DNA of 64,000 bases from Octopus sinensis (GCF_006345805.1 NC_043009.1:3782001-3846000), one strand, 5' to 3'. Positions 1-13,025 are shown, counted from the first letter of the stretch. Numbers and translations are program-made. The notes: a model not told the origin generated them from the letters alone.

Positions 1-395
1 GGCAATATTATTTGCATGTGAAATATCGGGAAAAAAGAAAACATTTTTATTAATTCGGAATTCCCCCATAATTTAGGAACTTGGCATCTGCAACGTATTC
101 GCTATTGAATATGACCATATTCTCCAATGCACGGAAGTGTAATTTGAAAAAAACGTAACCGATCCCTAACAAAACAATAATAAATGCTGAAACTAGACGA
201 ATTCACTTCCATCTCTGCGTAGAGAAAAGGCTTTGGTTACATCACCGAGTCCCTACCATGTCACAAAGAGGCTAAATGTTCCCACATCTCCCATGCATTT
301 CCCTTTCCCAAACTCCATGTGTCTGACTTCTTTCACACAAGCACATGTGTATATACGCATGTGTGTGTATGGGTATGTGTGTGTATATATATACG

Positions 396-603
396 TAGTT
401 ACTCCAAACATGAACAAAGGGAAAACACAACAACGCGATGACGTGGAACAAGTATTGTGTTATTGGGTACTCAGGAAAGGAAAGAAAGAAGGAGGATTTA
501 ACGTTTCGAGCGGAGCTCTTCGCCAGAAACATCGAAAAAGGAAAGTTTCAAGGAAGGGAAGACGGAGAAGGAAAATCGCCAACGATACACATGTGGTCAT
601 ATA
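396..603 (-). mobile_element. Short Penelope-like non-autonomous repeat (family P1) with hammerhead-like motif
   Basis: Minus strand at 500-530 reads TTT CTGGCGA A GAGC TCC GCTC GAAA CGTT (core A6 mutated). Homologous to 22195-22345, 36101-36303 and 56615-56812. Flanked by (TA)n/(TG)n. Confidence 0.7.
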
Positions 604-639
604 TGTATATATATATGCGCGTATATATATAGACATAAT

Positions 640-647
640 GTGCAATT

Positions 648-730
<83 letters not shown>

Positions 731-1177
731 TATATATATATTTGTGTGTTTCTGTGTGTATATACGTATTGTATAAGTATTGTATACATATCAGGTATAT
801 AGTTATATGTATATGTGATGAATGCTGCACAGTCAAAAATTCGGAGCAATTGTTAATTTCTTTTCCTTGTAAACACTGAGTAAATAGTTTGCGCTAGTGA
901 AAATGATTGACCAATTGTGTAGTTCAATGTCTAATAGATTTTATACATAAAAATCTATGAAAGCATATGAGTATATGTGTGTCTCTGTGCCTGTGTACAC
1001 AAAATATGCACACAGACTCACACACATATATATGTGTGTGTGGGTGTGTGTGTCTGTGTGAAGTATGTATGTATATAGAATACATATTTATGTATTAGAT
1101 TTTATGTAAATATATACATACACATATATATACATATATTTATATATACATACATTTATGTATATGTATATGTATAT

Positions 1178-1247
<70 letters not shown>

Positions 1248-1720
1248 ATATATTATATATATGATAATGTGAGACTGACAGAGGGAGAGAGAGAGACAGA
1301 GAGAGACAGAGAGAGACAGAGAGACAGAGAGAGACAGAGAGACAGTGAGACAGAGAGAGAGAGAGAGAGAGAGAAGGACAGTCGGTTATGAAGGATCAGT
1401 TTCAGATTGTTTTGAAAATTTTAGCTGCTTGAGTTTAGCATCTATTAATGTTGAAGGTTTTGAATTGCAAAGGAAACAATACTTAAAATGCTAGAAATAA
1501 AGTAATACATAAAACAAATACAATTAAATGGCGTCAGAAGGGACACACTGGCGCACTAACTCACAAACACACGAATATACATATATACAAATACATACAT
1601 ATATATATATATATACTAATATATGTACATATAAATATATAAGCATAAATATACAAATACATACATATATATATATATACTAATATATGTACATATAAAT
1701 ATATAAGCATAAATATACAA

Positions 1721-1780
<60 letters not shown>

Positions 1781-1849
1781 GTATGTATGTATTCAGTCGC
1801 ACACGCAATCTGTATATATACAAATTTATTTATTTATACGCACACACCC

Positions 1850-1882
<33 letters not shown>

Positions 1883-1931
1883 ATATATTCACAGACAGAC
1901 ATATATATATATATATATATATTCACAGACA

Positions 1932-2017
<86 letters not shown>

Positions 2018-2035
2018 ATATGTGTGTGTGTGTAC
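640..2035. repeat. Compound microsatellite zone: (TA)n, (GAGAGACA)n, (TACA)n, (TG)n, with a ~62-bp higher-order tandem duplication at ~1578-1740
   Basis: Direct reading of the sequence. Confidence 0.95.
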
Positions 2036-2741
2036 TTGCTATTGTTTATTTTTCCGCTCCTAATTTCATCTGTTCCAGCCCTTTCCACTCACCACTTATT
2101 CTCCCTCGTGGGACAATAACCGATGACGACAATAAGTGGTGTAGTTAAATCTAATTTACTATCATGACACACAACCATCTCTTCAAACACCATCAACAAT
2201 ACCGCAATCAGCACCACCATTATTATTTCCATCTACTCCTCCGCCGCCACAATCCCCGGTACACCTGATATATTTCTTCCATTTTTTACTAGACCTCATA
2301 TGTTGTTTTTCAAATTTTCTTAAACCACACTTTTTGTAATAATATCAGTTAATTTATCTCCAGACATTTTTTAGACTTTAATGAAGCCTCGATTACAACG
2401 AGGTAAAAGCAATGTGGTCATTCACCCTGCTGCTTATGGTAACGAAACCTTATTATTGAACATCCTGTACGTATATATATATAAATAAAAGGCAACCACA
2501 TAATGCGTCATTTATGCCAATCTGCATGTTACAGCTTGCTGGAACTAATGAACTTTCTGCCCCGAAAATCAGTATACGACCACGTAGCTGGTCAGTGCTT
2601 TCTTTCAGTATTTATCTCGTACGCAAGCTAGTCCTGTAGTTTTGCGAATTGTTTGTGTTGCCTCAGCGCCCTACGAGCTGAAATAGTTAACGCAACGCTT
2701 CTTGTCTGGCAATGATAATTTCACCAGGTTTTCACTAAAGA

Positions 2742-3133
2742 CTCTTTTATACTTTTACTTGTTTCAGTCATTTGACTGTGGCCATGCTAGAGCACCGCCT
2801 TTAGCCGAGCAAATCGACACCAGGACTTATTCTTTGTAAGCCTCGTACTTATTCTATCGGAATTCTTTTGCCGAACCGCTAAGTTACGGGGACGTAAACA
2901 CCCAAGCTTCGGTTGTTAGCGGGGGTGGGGGCAAAAACAAACACACAAACATATACACACACGTACATATATATATGTATACATATATACGATGGGATTC
3001 TTTCAGTTTCCGTCTACCAAATCCACTCACAAGGCTTTGGTCGGTATGAGGCTATAGTAGAATTCACTTGTCCAAGGTGCCACGCAATGGGATTGAACCC
3101 GGAACCATGTGGTTCGAAGCCACTCCTACGCCT
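2742..3133 (-). mobile_element. tRNA-derived SINE, family A (octopus OK/OR-type; exact family not assigned)
   Basis: Near-identical to many other copies in the window. tRNA-like head with small internal deletion, internal (CA)(TA) microsatellite, tail GACTGAAACAAGTAAAAG. Confidence 0.9.
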
Positions 3134-3445
3134 AAAAGACTGATAACTTTTATTGCCTATGGAGGATCAAATGTAAAGTTACCCACGATGATTACAGAGG
3201 GCAGACAGCGTTTCAAATTTATACGACAATGCCAGTATTATATGTCCGATTAAAAGAAATGACAGTCCTTTTTTATAGTATACGTTTATAGTTGGAATAT
3301 ATTTGAACATACATTGCACAGTCAGGTGTGACCAAAACGTAGTCAATGGAAGCAAAAATAATAACAACAACGGCCATTGTTTGACCCCAGTGTGATAAAA
3401 TATTGGTAGTTTTTAGAAGAGTGATAAAATATTGTTTAGTTTTTC

Positions 3446-3702
3446 GTATGCAAGCCAGCCGTGCTCGCTTTGAGCACTCTAATCTTTTGCCAGTGAGCGG
3501 ACCGGCCGCCTCGGATACTTGCCGAAGAGCACCCTCGGAGGAACCGTGTGGGTCGAAATGTCCGGGAAGTAGACGTGCTACCGCAACGCGAACGGCGACG
3601 CCCGTCGACGCTTATTTAGAGCGGGGAGTGCGATCGGACGACCGATGTGGACACGCGAGAAGCGCACTCGCGACGGTGCCGCCGCCCCGAACGTGCTGGG
3701 GA
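3446..3702 (-). rRNA. Dispersed 18S rRNA fragment (V4 region), pseudogene
   Basis: About 65% GC island (hand count over 3494-3708). Minus strand reads CTACTTCCCGG...GGTGCTCTTCGGCAAGTATCCGAGGCGGCCGGTCCGCTCACTGGCAAAAGATTAGAGTGCTCAAAGC, matching the conserved 18S V4 boundary GGTGCTCTT...GGCGGCCGG...TTTACTTTGAAAAAATTAGAGTGYTCAAAGC. No other rDNA nearby. Confidence 0.75.
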
Positions 3703-4827
3703 ACATAGGTGACAGTGTTAAACAAATTTTGGTTATGCATTCTCTAATAATTTCTAACTCCGGATAGAAATCCCCAGTTGTATAATCTGGTGTAATCTGT
3801 AGATTTGATTAGTACATAGTCTCTACAAGGAATGTCAAGGTTGACTATGATTGTATTTAATTAATTTTTTTAGGTCTTTTACTGACAATGAAAGCCAGTA
3901 GCCTTGTCCTTACTCAGCACCTAACTAGGCTGAAGGGACCGAATGCTTGCAATAGTGTGGACTCCATTGAAAGTACCCGATAGCCAGCTGATAGAGTTTA
4001 AGTGGGGATGACTTAAGTTAATATCCACCCCGCAAAATGTAGTCAATATTAGTAGCAAAATGATAATTTTAACTCAGAGTTTGCCAACGTGGAAACTTAG
4101 AATGTCAACCAAATGTCCGTCTTAAATGTGTTAAAGGAAGTAAGAGAACTGTTAGCATTTAAATTGTTGCTGTTTTAGTTTAGTTCCATGTTAGTCCTTG
4201 ATCGAGCAGACCTTTGATCTAATCATTCCATCCATGACTCTTCCACACTTTTACTTGTTACTGGTAACTATGACGACAACAAGCAGTATGTCCTTTTCCA
4301 TACGTGAAGTTTCAATGGAATTAGGCTACCATATCAGTTTTATTGCCCGTTTAGAGGTTCCTTCATTATCTAGGCTATAACTTTGGGAAATGTAGTTCCT
4401 TCACTTAAAAAATATCGTCTTAAAATTTGGAAGCATACACTGGGATCTGTGTTTCTCAAAACACTATTGGTTCCGTTTGTATACAAAGTTAAATGTTACC
4501 GATACTCATTACATTGGCATTTAAAAAATACTGGCATATTTTACATGGATATCTCAAAAGCAAAACTAATTTTAAAGAGGAAGAGACACTTTGGATGGAA
4601 AAATTGAAGAAGAGGTTGCAGATGTGTGACGAAAGATTTCCAGATAATAGATATAATATAAAATACGAACAATAATGAACGAGTAAAGAACGAATATATA
4701 GTGCGTGTGTTTATTTAGCAAGAATGAAAGAGGAAAAATGACTATCCTGAAATATAACAATATCTGTTTCAACTCACGATTTCACATCGGGAATCTTGCT
4801 AAACAAATCTCTTATGATAACATAAAA

Positions 4828-5135
4828 CGATAAACGTCACCCTTTTCAAGCCTAGCCAGGCTCGTGGGCCCCGTTTCTTGGTTTCTGTGGTGTATGTGTT
4901 CCCCCCAGCTGGATGGGACGCCAGTCCATTGCAGCGCTACTCAAGAAACAGGAAGAGAGAGAGTGAGAGAAGGTTGTGGCGAAAGAGTACAACAGGGGTC
5001 GCCACCACCTATTGCCGGAGCCTCGTGGAGCTTTTAGGTGTTTTCGCTCAATAAACACACACAACGCCTGGGAATTGAAACCGCGATCCTCCGATCGCGA
5101 ATCTACTACCTTAACCTCTGGGCCATTGCGCCTCC
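4828..5135 (-). mobile_element. tRNA-derived SINE with V-domain-like block (family C)
   Basis: Head GGAGGCGCAATGGCCCAGAGGTTAAGG...GGTTTCAATTCCCAG (box A/B-like). Central GCAATGGACTGGCGTCCCATCC (4911-4932) resembles the V-SINE core. Confidence 0.75.
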
Positions 5136-5989
5136 TTATGATAGCATACCTAGCGTTTTAAATGAAGAGAAACTAAAATGTAGAACATGTAAACAACAAC
5201 AATTTCAAGGACGAAAATGGCGAGAAAGATGTATACAACAATAACAATAAATAAACTATCTCCTCTATACCAGGCAACTTCAGCCTTCAAAATTGTTATC
5301 CTGGACGAACAAAATGACGGCGTCTAGAATTCTTTCTCACAAAAAGTCTGCTCGGTCCTGGTTGGTCTCTGATTGAATCCCACTACAACCACCATTACCA
5401 ACAACAATATATAAATTAAACACTAGTTTCGAGTTTGTGTCGATGCAATCTATTACACCTTTTTTGACAACTTTGAAGTCAGCTTGTGTTACAGTGAGGA
5501 ATCAATACTGAAACAGTAGTAGATGAGACTATTAAAGTATTTAGAAAATGTTGTGAACATGAAATTTTTAATCAAACAATTGAAGCACAGACATACTGGC
5601 ACCAGTCCAAATAACAGAGTAAAAACATAACGCTTGTGACATGGTCATTGTTATAGAATACGAGAATAGTTTTTAGCTTTTAACTGGCGAGAAACCTGTA
5701 AGCCATCGCTCCTCCTGAAAGAAATAGCAACCAAGTCTTCTACGCATAAATATATATTCGTTTCTTAAAACAAAGCAGCCATTCGATAATCGGGATACAG
5801 TCAAGCGAACCTAAATTATTTTTAAGCGTGAAATGGGCTGGTTTACTTGAACATTGTAAACCTGGAGACAAACAAGACCATAAACAATCAGTATCCATCA
5901 GTTCATCTGGCTTGCTAAAATAGAAGTCATATGTGCTTCAAATTTCGTCGTAGTCTTAACAAAAAAAAACTTGGTTAGATGATGTGTTC

Positions 5990-6990
5990 CGAGATCTGTT
6001 GTTAGCAATAGCGTCAAAACGAAGGAAGAAGAGAGAAGAGAGCTTCATTTGATCCAATGTATTCAACAAGGACAGATGACGAGATGGGAGGAACATGTTG
6101 TTGAAAGGAAAATAAGTTGGAATGAGATATGGAGGTGGACCACATCTCGGCTAAGTTTTCTGATTCGTTCATCCTGTAATGTTTTGCCATCACCTAGAAA
6201 TCTAGTAAGATGGAACGTCTCAGAGAATGATATATGCAAATGCACAAATGTCGGAACACTGAAACATATTCTTTCAAACTGTTCATCAGCTTTGCACAGG
6301 TATACATCGAGACACAACCTGGTACTTAAGGTTATCATTAATGCTATAAAGAACCAAATTGATCTCAACAACAGGGGAAAAAAAACCGCTGAAAGTACTA
6401 ACTAAAGATTTCATTACCTTCGTGCGCTCAAGACAGTTGATCCGTTTCAAGAAGAAAACAACAAACTTCCTGTGAGCGAAGTAAAGTGGAACGGCTATTG
6501 GGAGGTGACTGCAGGTTTATCAGGGTGCCAGGAACTCTTTCCCATCCCAGTAATGAAACAATCGGAAAATTTAATGTGGTGTGAAGGGAAGAAAGTTGTG
6601 AATCTAGTCGAGTTAACGGTTCCTCATGAAAATAACACGGATACCGCGGGGGGCTCGAAAGATTGACGGTTAGAGTGTTTGTTAGACACAGTGTGACACG
6701 ACTGTTGTTATCGTTAGGCAAAACTCATCGTGAAGTCAATACCACCATGACCGATATCCAAACTACAGTGGAAAAGGCTAGCCTCTGGATTTGCTTAAAA
6801 AGAGACGATGAGCGATGGTTAGGAGAATATTGAGCTGTATTTAATAACCAGTTGATCTAGCCTAGAGGGTCCTCATATCAGTGAGTGGGCCGGTGCGTAT
6901 TGATGCCGTTGAGAGGTAGGCCCCGAAACGGCGCACATTCTCTCCTGATGACCCCATACACTTGCTGGCTTCCGGTATGCGGAGTTCGCG
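5990..6990 (+). mobile_element. 5'-truncated, frameshifted Hero-clade (R2-group, RLE) non-LTR retrotransposon: CCHC finger, restriction-like endonuclease, 3' UTR
   Basis: Translations EEERR..QQGQMTRWE..RKISWNEIW..LSFLIRS..VLPSPRNL..W..CKC..GTLKHILSNC..RY.SRHNLVL; VVNLVELTVPHENN; VEKASLWICLKR ending TGA at 6831-6833. These match Hero ORF C-terminal motifs. Confidence 0.85.
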
Positions 6991-7399
6991 ACTAGTAACA
7001 CTTGCATGTGCAAGTTGTTTGAAAATCATATCTCAATGGAAAATAGTTAAACATCTCACAACCAGAGGACACTTGATCATTACTTGCTCATTAGTGTTAA
7101 TCTAGATTTACACAACACCTCCGAAAACAACACAATTACTCGAATATGAATCTGTCTAAACATGATTTCACCTTTTTCTGTGGTGTGATGAAAGCAACAA
7201 ATCAATAGCAATCAACAGGCAGTTAACGTCGAAACGAATAATGTTTTAGAGCTTCACGGAGGTTTTCAAGCATTTATATTACTGTTTGAGTCTACATCAG
7301 TTCTGATGAAGAAGACCTATAATTAAAGGCATTCCAAATTTGGTCATGAGAAAACAATATAGTAGCAAACATATATTTGGCAGAAATTTTTTTACTTTA

Positions 7400-7640
7400 A
7401 CCTCGAGCCGACCAAAATCTTGTGAGTATAGTTGGCAGACGAAAACTCAACGAAGCCGTTGTATGTATATATATATATATATATATAAATGTGAGTGTCT
7501 TTGTGTCTGCACTTGTCCCCCCCCCCGACCACTATTTGTCAACCGGGGGTAGTGTTTAAGTCCTCGCAGCATAGCAATGCAGCAGAAGAGACCGATAGAA
7601 TAAGTACCAGACATTTGAGAAAAATAATTGATGTGTTCGA
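7400..7640 (+). mobile_element. Degenerate SINE family A-like copy
   Basis: GCCGACCAAA..TTGTGAGT..TGGCAGACGAAAACT..GAAGCCG, internal microsatellite, GACCGATAGAATAAGTACC. Confidence 0.65.
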
Positions 7641-7753
7641 TACGTTCGACTAAAATTCTTGAAGGCGTTACCCCCTGCATAGCCGCAGTTCAAAGTTTTA
7701 AAGCAAATGAAAGAGACACAAGCACACACATACATACATACACACACATACAT

Positions 7754-7842
<89 letters not shown>

Positions 7843-8509
7843 TACACAGACGTATGTATACCGCAGATAGATGTTACTTGTGCTTAGCCACAATTATGAA
7901 AGAATTCAAAGTTGTCTATAAGTAATTTTTCGAACATACATTATACCTTAAGTATAGAAGAAAATTTTTTTAAGCAAGTCAGACGTAAACTAAGCCGCCT
8001 CAGCAAACTTTCGAACCGCGTTTGGCAGTAATTTTGCATTCTACGATGTGCGTAATTTACTTTCGCCTTTCATTACAAAACTCTACAATGCTATGAAAAT
8101 TATCGGAAACGATCTAACTGTTGAGCAAGATTCACGTTACCTGTTTTATTTTTCATTTAGACGCAACATAGGACATTACTATAGAGAGACACTTATTGCA
8201 TAAAACTAACTGCAGTAGTTACAGACCTCGTTTGTTTAATCGCCCAAGGTAATATTTTTGTGCAACACTTGGCTACTTCCAGCACTGGTCTTTTAATTTA
8301 GCGCTGAAATCTCCAATGATTATGTAAAAGCTGTTTCGTGGCAACTGTTTTATTTATGCTTTTAGCAATATATATATATCTATATAAGTACACACACACA
8401 CACACATTTAATATAATACAATATATATATAAACACACAGATGCACAATCATACAGACGTATAATTATATACACAATTTTGTGTACGCCGGTATTTGATG
8501 ATGTACTTA

Positions 8510-9077
8510 TACACAAACGTACACACACATATAAATATATTTATCTATCTGCCTATCTATCTATATATATATATGTATATATATATATATGAATGTATAT
8601 ATAGATATATATATATATAAATGTATATATATATATATATAAATGTATATATAGATATATATATATAAATGTATATATATATATATATATATATATAAAT
8701 GTATATATATATAAATGTATATATAATATATATATTATATATATATAATATATATATATATATATAACATATGTACAGACTATACACATGCACCATACAT
8801 ACACAAAGATATATTGTTACATTAACATATCTTTGGATATATGCAAGTGCAGTATGTATGCATATGTCACCGTGTACATACCTATATTTCATCAATATTA
8901 ATATCGATATATGTATATATATATATATATGTGTCCTTGTTTGTATGTGTGTGTATGTTTGTGTATGTACATATGTTTACATGTATATATATATATGTAA
9001 CTATCTAGTAGCCAAATATCTATATATATATATATGTAAACATCGACATATACATATCTATATCTATCTATCTATAT

Positions 9078-9108
<31 letters not shown>

Positions 9109-9230
9109 GCATACATGTATACATATATAAGTATAGATATATATGTATATATTTACAAATGCATATATACATATATATATATATATAATATATAATATAT
9201 ATAATATATATATATATACACTTGTATTTG
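8510..9230. repeat. Long (TA)-rich compound microsatellite
   Basis: Direct reading. Confidence 0.95.
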
Positions 9231-9313
9231 CTTATGTTTGTATGCTCGTATGTATATAATTTATACATCTCTCAAAACAACAGTAATTTTAACAAGAGCA
9301 AACATAAGAGGGA

Positions 9314-9358
<45 letters not shown>

Positions 9359-9562
9359 GAAAATTGGTGTTTACCAAAGTGTAATTTTTAATGTTGTTTC
9401 AATTGATTATTTACAGTATGACTCTGAGCCAAGTTTTAGAAATATATATTAATTTCTTTAACTGGCATCGAGCCCAATCTACATGAGGGAACAGGATAGC
9501 TGTTTTCAATATCATATAGCAGTGTATTACTGCTACAGTAACAAAACAAAAAAATAGTGTTC

Positions 9563-9659
<97 letters not shown>

Positions 9660-9723
9660 GTATATATATGTTTATATATTATATATATATATATATATGT
9701 GTATGTATATATGTATATATATT

Positions 9724-10084
9724 ACTCTTTTCTCTTTTATTCTTTTAATTTTTTCAGTCATTTGACTGTGGCCATGCTGGAGCACCACCTTTTAGTCGAG
9801 CAGTTCGACCCCCGGACTTATTCTTTGTAAGCCTAGTACTTATTCTATCGCTCTCTTTTGCCGAACCGCTAAGTTATGGGGACGTAAACACACCAGCATC
9901 GATTGTCAAGCGATGTTCGTGGGACAAACACAGACACACAAACATATATACATACACATACATATATACATATATACATATATACGACGGGCTTCTTTCA
10001 GTTTCCGTCTACCAAATCCACTCACAAGGCTTTGGTCGGCCTGAGGCTATAGTAGAAACACTTGCCCAAGGTGCCACGCAGTGG
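9724..10084 (-). mobile_element. SINE family A; tRNA head broken by (TA)n
   Basis: High identity to 36834-37229. Ends at GTGCCACGCAGTGG followed by (TA)n. Confidence 0.9.
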
Positions 10085-10209
10085 CATATATATATATATA
10101 TAGAAACACACACACAAACACACATACATACTCACGAACATACCTACACACATGTCTATAGTACACATATGCATACGCGCATATACTGTGTTTATATACA
10201 CAATATACA

Positions 10210-10245
<36 letters not shown>

Positions 10246-10500
10246 ATGTACATACATGCACACGTAATGCCCATGTATACATATATATAAATAAATCTCT
10301 CTATATGTGTTTGTGTGTGTCATTATGTATGCATATATATGTGTATATATACGTGCATATATCAGTCTGTGGTTCATGAAAAGTATATCATAGCTATATA
10401 TACATGCATGCGTGTGTGTGGCTCTCTGTGTGTACGCGCGCCTGCGTACATGTGTAACGGGTATTAGTTTGTTTGCAAGATTTGCTCCTGTGTATATAAT

Positions 10501-10715
10501 ATTGATTTTAAATTTCGTCGCAAGGCTAGCAATTTCAGGGGATGAATTAAATCGATTACATCAAACCAAATGTTCAACGATTATGTGTTCTATCCACCAC
10601 AATGGACGAAAAGCATATTCGGCTTCGGCGGAATTTGAACCCAGAACTGAGAAGCTGACATAACGTTACTAAGCATTGTGTCCGGCTCTCTAACGATTCT
10701 GTCAATTCGTCGACC
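10501..10715 (-). mobile_element. Degenerate SINE family B-like copy
   Basis: GGCGGAATTTGAACCCAGAAC and CTAACGATTCTGTCAATTCGTCG are reverse complements of the family B head. Confidence 0.65.
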
Positions 10716-10780
10716 ACCTTGTGCGTATAATATTTCTACGTTAAATGTGTAGGAGAATTGAATACATTTAAGAAAATGTT

Positions 10781-10970
10781 GCAAATGGCTGTGTGGTAAG
10801 TAGCTTGATTACGAACCACATGGTTCCGAGTTCAGTCCCACTGCGTGGCACCTTGGGCGAGTGTCTTCTACTATAGCCTCGGGCCGACCAAAGACTAAAG
10901 GCGGTGCTCCAGCATGGCCACAGTCACATGACTGAAACAAGTAAAAGAGAGAGAGAGAGTAAGAGTAAAG
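10781..10970 (+). mobile_element. SINE family A with large internal deletion
   Basis: Head TGGCTGTGTGGTAAG..GAGTTCAGTCCC is joined directly to the tail at GACCAAAG/GACTAAAG (10886-10900). Confidence 0.9.
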
Positions 10971-11589
10971 AATAATATAATTCTTTATATAATCCAGATG
11001 ATTATCTTGAGTTACAGTTTTATGCATTTGCCCCGCGAGAATGCTCAGACGAGCCTAAAATGTCATTATTTTAGAAGCGTGTTAGTGGTTATGGTAAATT
11101 GTGCTTTGTCTTACGCAACCCATGATGGTATATAATTTGCTCATGCTTTTCATTTAAGCAATCTCCATATGTTGAGAGCGATGAGCTAGAAAATATTCAT
11201 CTCTTGATATTTAGAATATTTTGGTCTTCTTTCTCCAATATTCTTTTTCTGTTGAGTACAAATTATTATACTCAATCATTCACATAATTAGCAATGATCA
11301 TAAGTGTGTCCCAGCTATTGTAGGACACCACTAATCAAATGAAGTACAACAGTATCATCTACCAAGTCTTGGTGATACTGCGCTGTTTTCTTTCGCCGTC
11401 ATTATCAGATCGGAGACATTGATTCATAGAGAGTCTTGGATTATTTCGCTTATTCTGATATATAACCGATTATGTCATGATTCTTCTTTGATATAGACCC
11501 CCATAATAAGGAATCGATTCAGACTTGCATTAAATGTCGAGACACCATTAAATTATTTCATTTTTACCGTGTGATTACTCCTTCTTGGT

Positions 11590-11620
11590 CAGCCTTTGAA
11601 CTTTTCAGCACACCCTCGTA
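11590..11620 (-). mobile_element. Mariner-type TIR remnant
   Basis: GAACTTTTCAGCACACCCTCG-TA. Similar remnant at ~52497-52528. Confidence 0.45.
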
Positions 11621-11667
11621 AGAGTGGTGCGAGGCAGATTCTACCTGGTCGCGCTTGTGTGTGTGTT

Positions 11668-11720
<53 letters not shown>

Positions 11721-11744
11721 TTGTGTGTGTGTGTTTGTTGTGTG

Positions 11745-11964
11745 AGTATATGTTTGTGAGTCTGTGTTTGGCACACCCCCAACATCGCTTGACAACCGAT
11801 GCTGGTGTTTACGTCCCCATAACTGAGCGGTTCGGCAAAAGGGACCGATAGAATAATTACTAGGCTTACAAAGAATAAGTCCTGGGGTCGATTTGCTCGA
11901 ATAAAGGCGGTGCTCCAGCATGGCCGCAATCAAATGACTGGAACAAGTAAAAGAGTAAAAGAGT
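11745..11964 (+). mobile_element. SINE family A, 3' half (truncated at internal microsatellite)
   Basis: CCCCAACATCGCTTGACAACCGATGCTGG...GGAACAAGTAAAAGAGTAAAAGAG. Confidence 0.9.
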
Positions 11965-12350
11965 ACTAGAGCTAATTTATTCGAATTCACAAGCCCTAGG
12001 CATTATATCCGCTGTTCAAAGACAGCAATATACCAAATGTAACCTGATTAAACGTTTCGTATAACTGAGTAATATCTAAGAGGCTGTTTCCTAAGTTCGC
12101 ATTACGACTTTAGCTTATCTTTATCTTTATCTTTATCTTGTATCGGTGAAGTATTTGAGGTCTGTAATCAAAATTTTATCTATGAATGTAAAGAATATAA
12201 ATTTGTTTTAACGTATAATAGTTTGGATTTCAGAACTGTTGGTTTAGATGATAAAAGGTATCAGTTATTTGCAATTTTAATCTTCGTGCGTATATAAGGT
12301 ACTGCACAAACTACTACGCACACAGACACACATACACTCACACGCACACT

Positions 12351-12420
<70 letters not shown>

Positions 12421-12425
<5 letters not shown>

Positions 12426-12540
12426 TATATAGAAGGAGCTTCTACAGGACTAAAACTGTTTCATTCAAGAGAAATCTTCCTGAAGATTTCTTTTGAATGA
12501 AACAGTTCTAGTCCTGTAGAAGCTCCTTCTATATAATAAA
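12421..12540. repeat. 120-bp near-perfect palindrome (59-bp arms, 2 mismatches)
   Basis: 12421-12479 is the reverse complement of 12482-12540 except A/G at two sites. The unit extends to ~12610 and lies between (TA)n tracts. Confidence 0.95.
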
Positions 12541-12607
12541 TTAATTTTACTCTACTATGTATTGAGTACCTTATTTACTGTGGTTAACCCCGAATCAACC
12601 CGGGACC

Positions 12608-12650
<43 letters not shown>

Positions 12651-12759
12651 TAAATTACAGGTATAAATGCATAGATGTATGCATAAATATACATACATAC
12701 ATACATACATATGCATATATATGTATATATATACGTATATATATTATTTTATTTATTTA

Positions 12760-12812
12760 TTTATTTTATCTAGTTTCAGCTCACGAGCTGTGGCCATGCT
12801 GGGGCACCGCCA
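12760..12812 (-). mobile_element. SINE 3'-tail fragment related to family A
   Basis: Minus strand GGCGGTGCCCCAGCATGGCCACAGCTCGTGAGCTGAAACTAGATAAAA. Confidence 0.6.
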
Positions 12813-12852
12813 TTTATATATATATATTATATATATAATATATATAATATAT

Positions 12853-12888
<36 letters not shown>

Positions 12889-12953
12889 AACATACATATA
12901 TATATATATTCATACTAACATAGGTTGAGATACAGATATGTGTATATGTATGT

Positions 12954-13025
<72 letters not shown>

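Noticed and set aside
3494-3708. Apparent GC-rich exon with branch point, acceptor, donor and an in-frame TAG (possible A-to-I stop recoding); also ORF 3403-3708
   Set aside because: The apparent acceptor CTCTAATCTTTTGCCAG is the reverse complement of the conserved 18S rRNA motif, so the island is better explained as an rRNA fragment.
4383-4675. Protein-like ORFs (KKYWHILHG...)
   Set aside because: No recognisable motif or convincing splice sites. Could be an old retroelement remnant but is unsupported.
6921-6955. GAAAC followed by CTGATGA in the Hero 3' UTR as a type II hammerhead
   Set aside because: Helix II strands would be CCCC and CCCC, which cannot pair.
7300-7345. CTGATGAAG motif (also CTGAAGAAG at ~49256) as a hammerhead
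   Set aside because: No helix II followed by GAAA.
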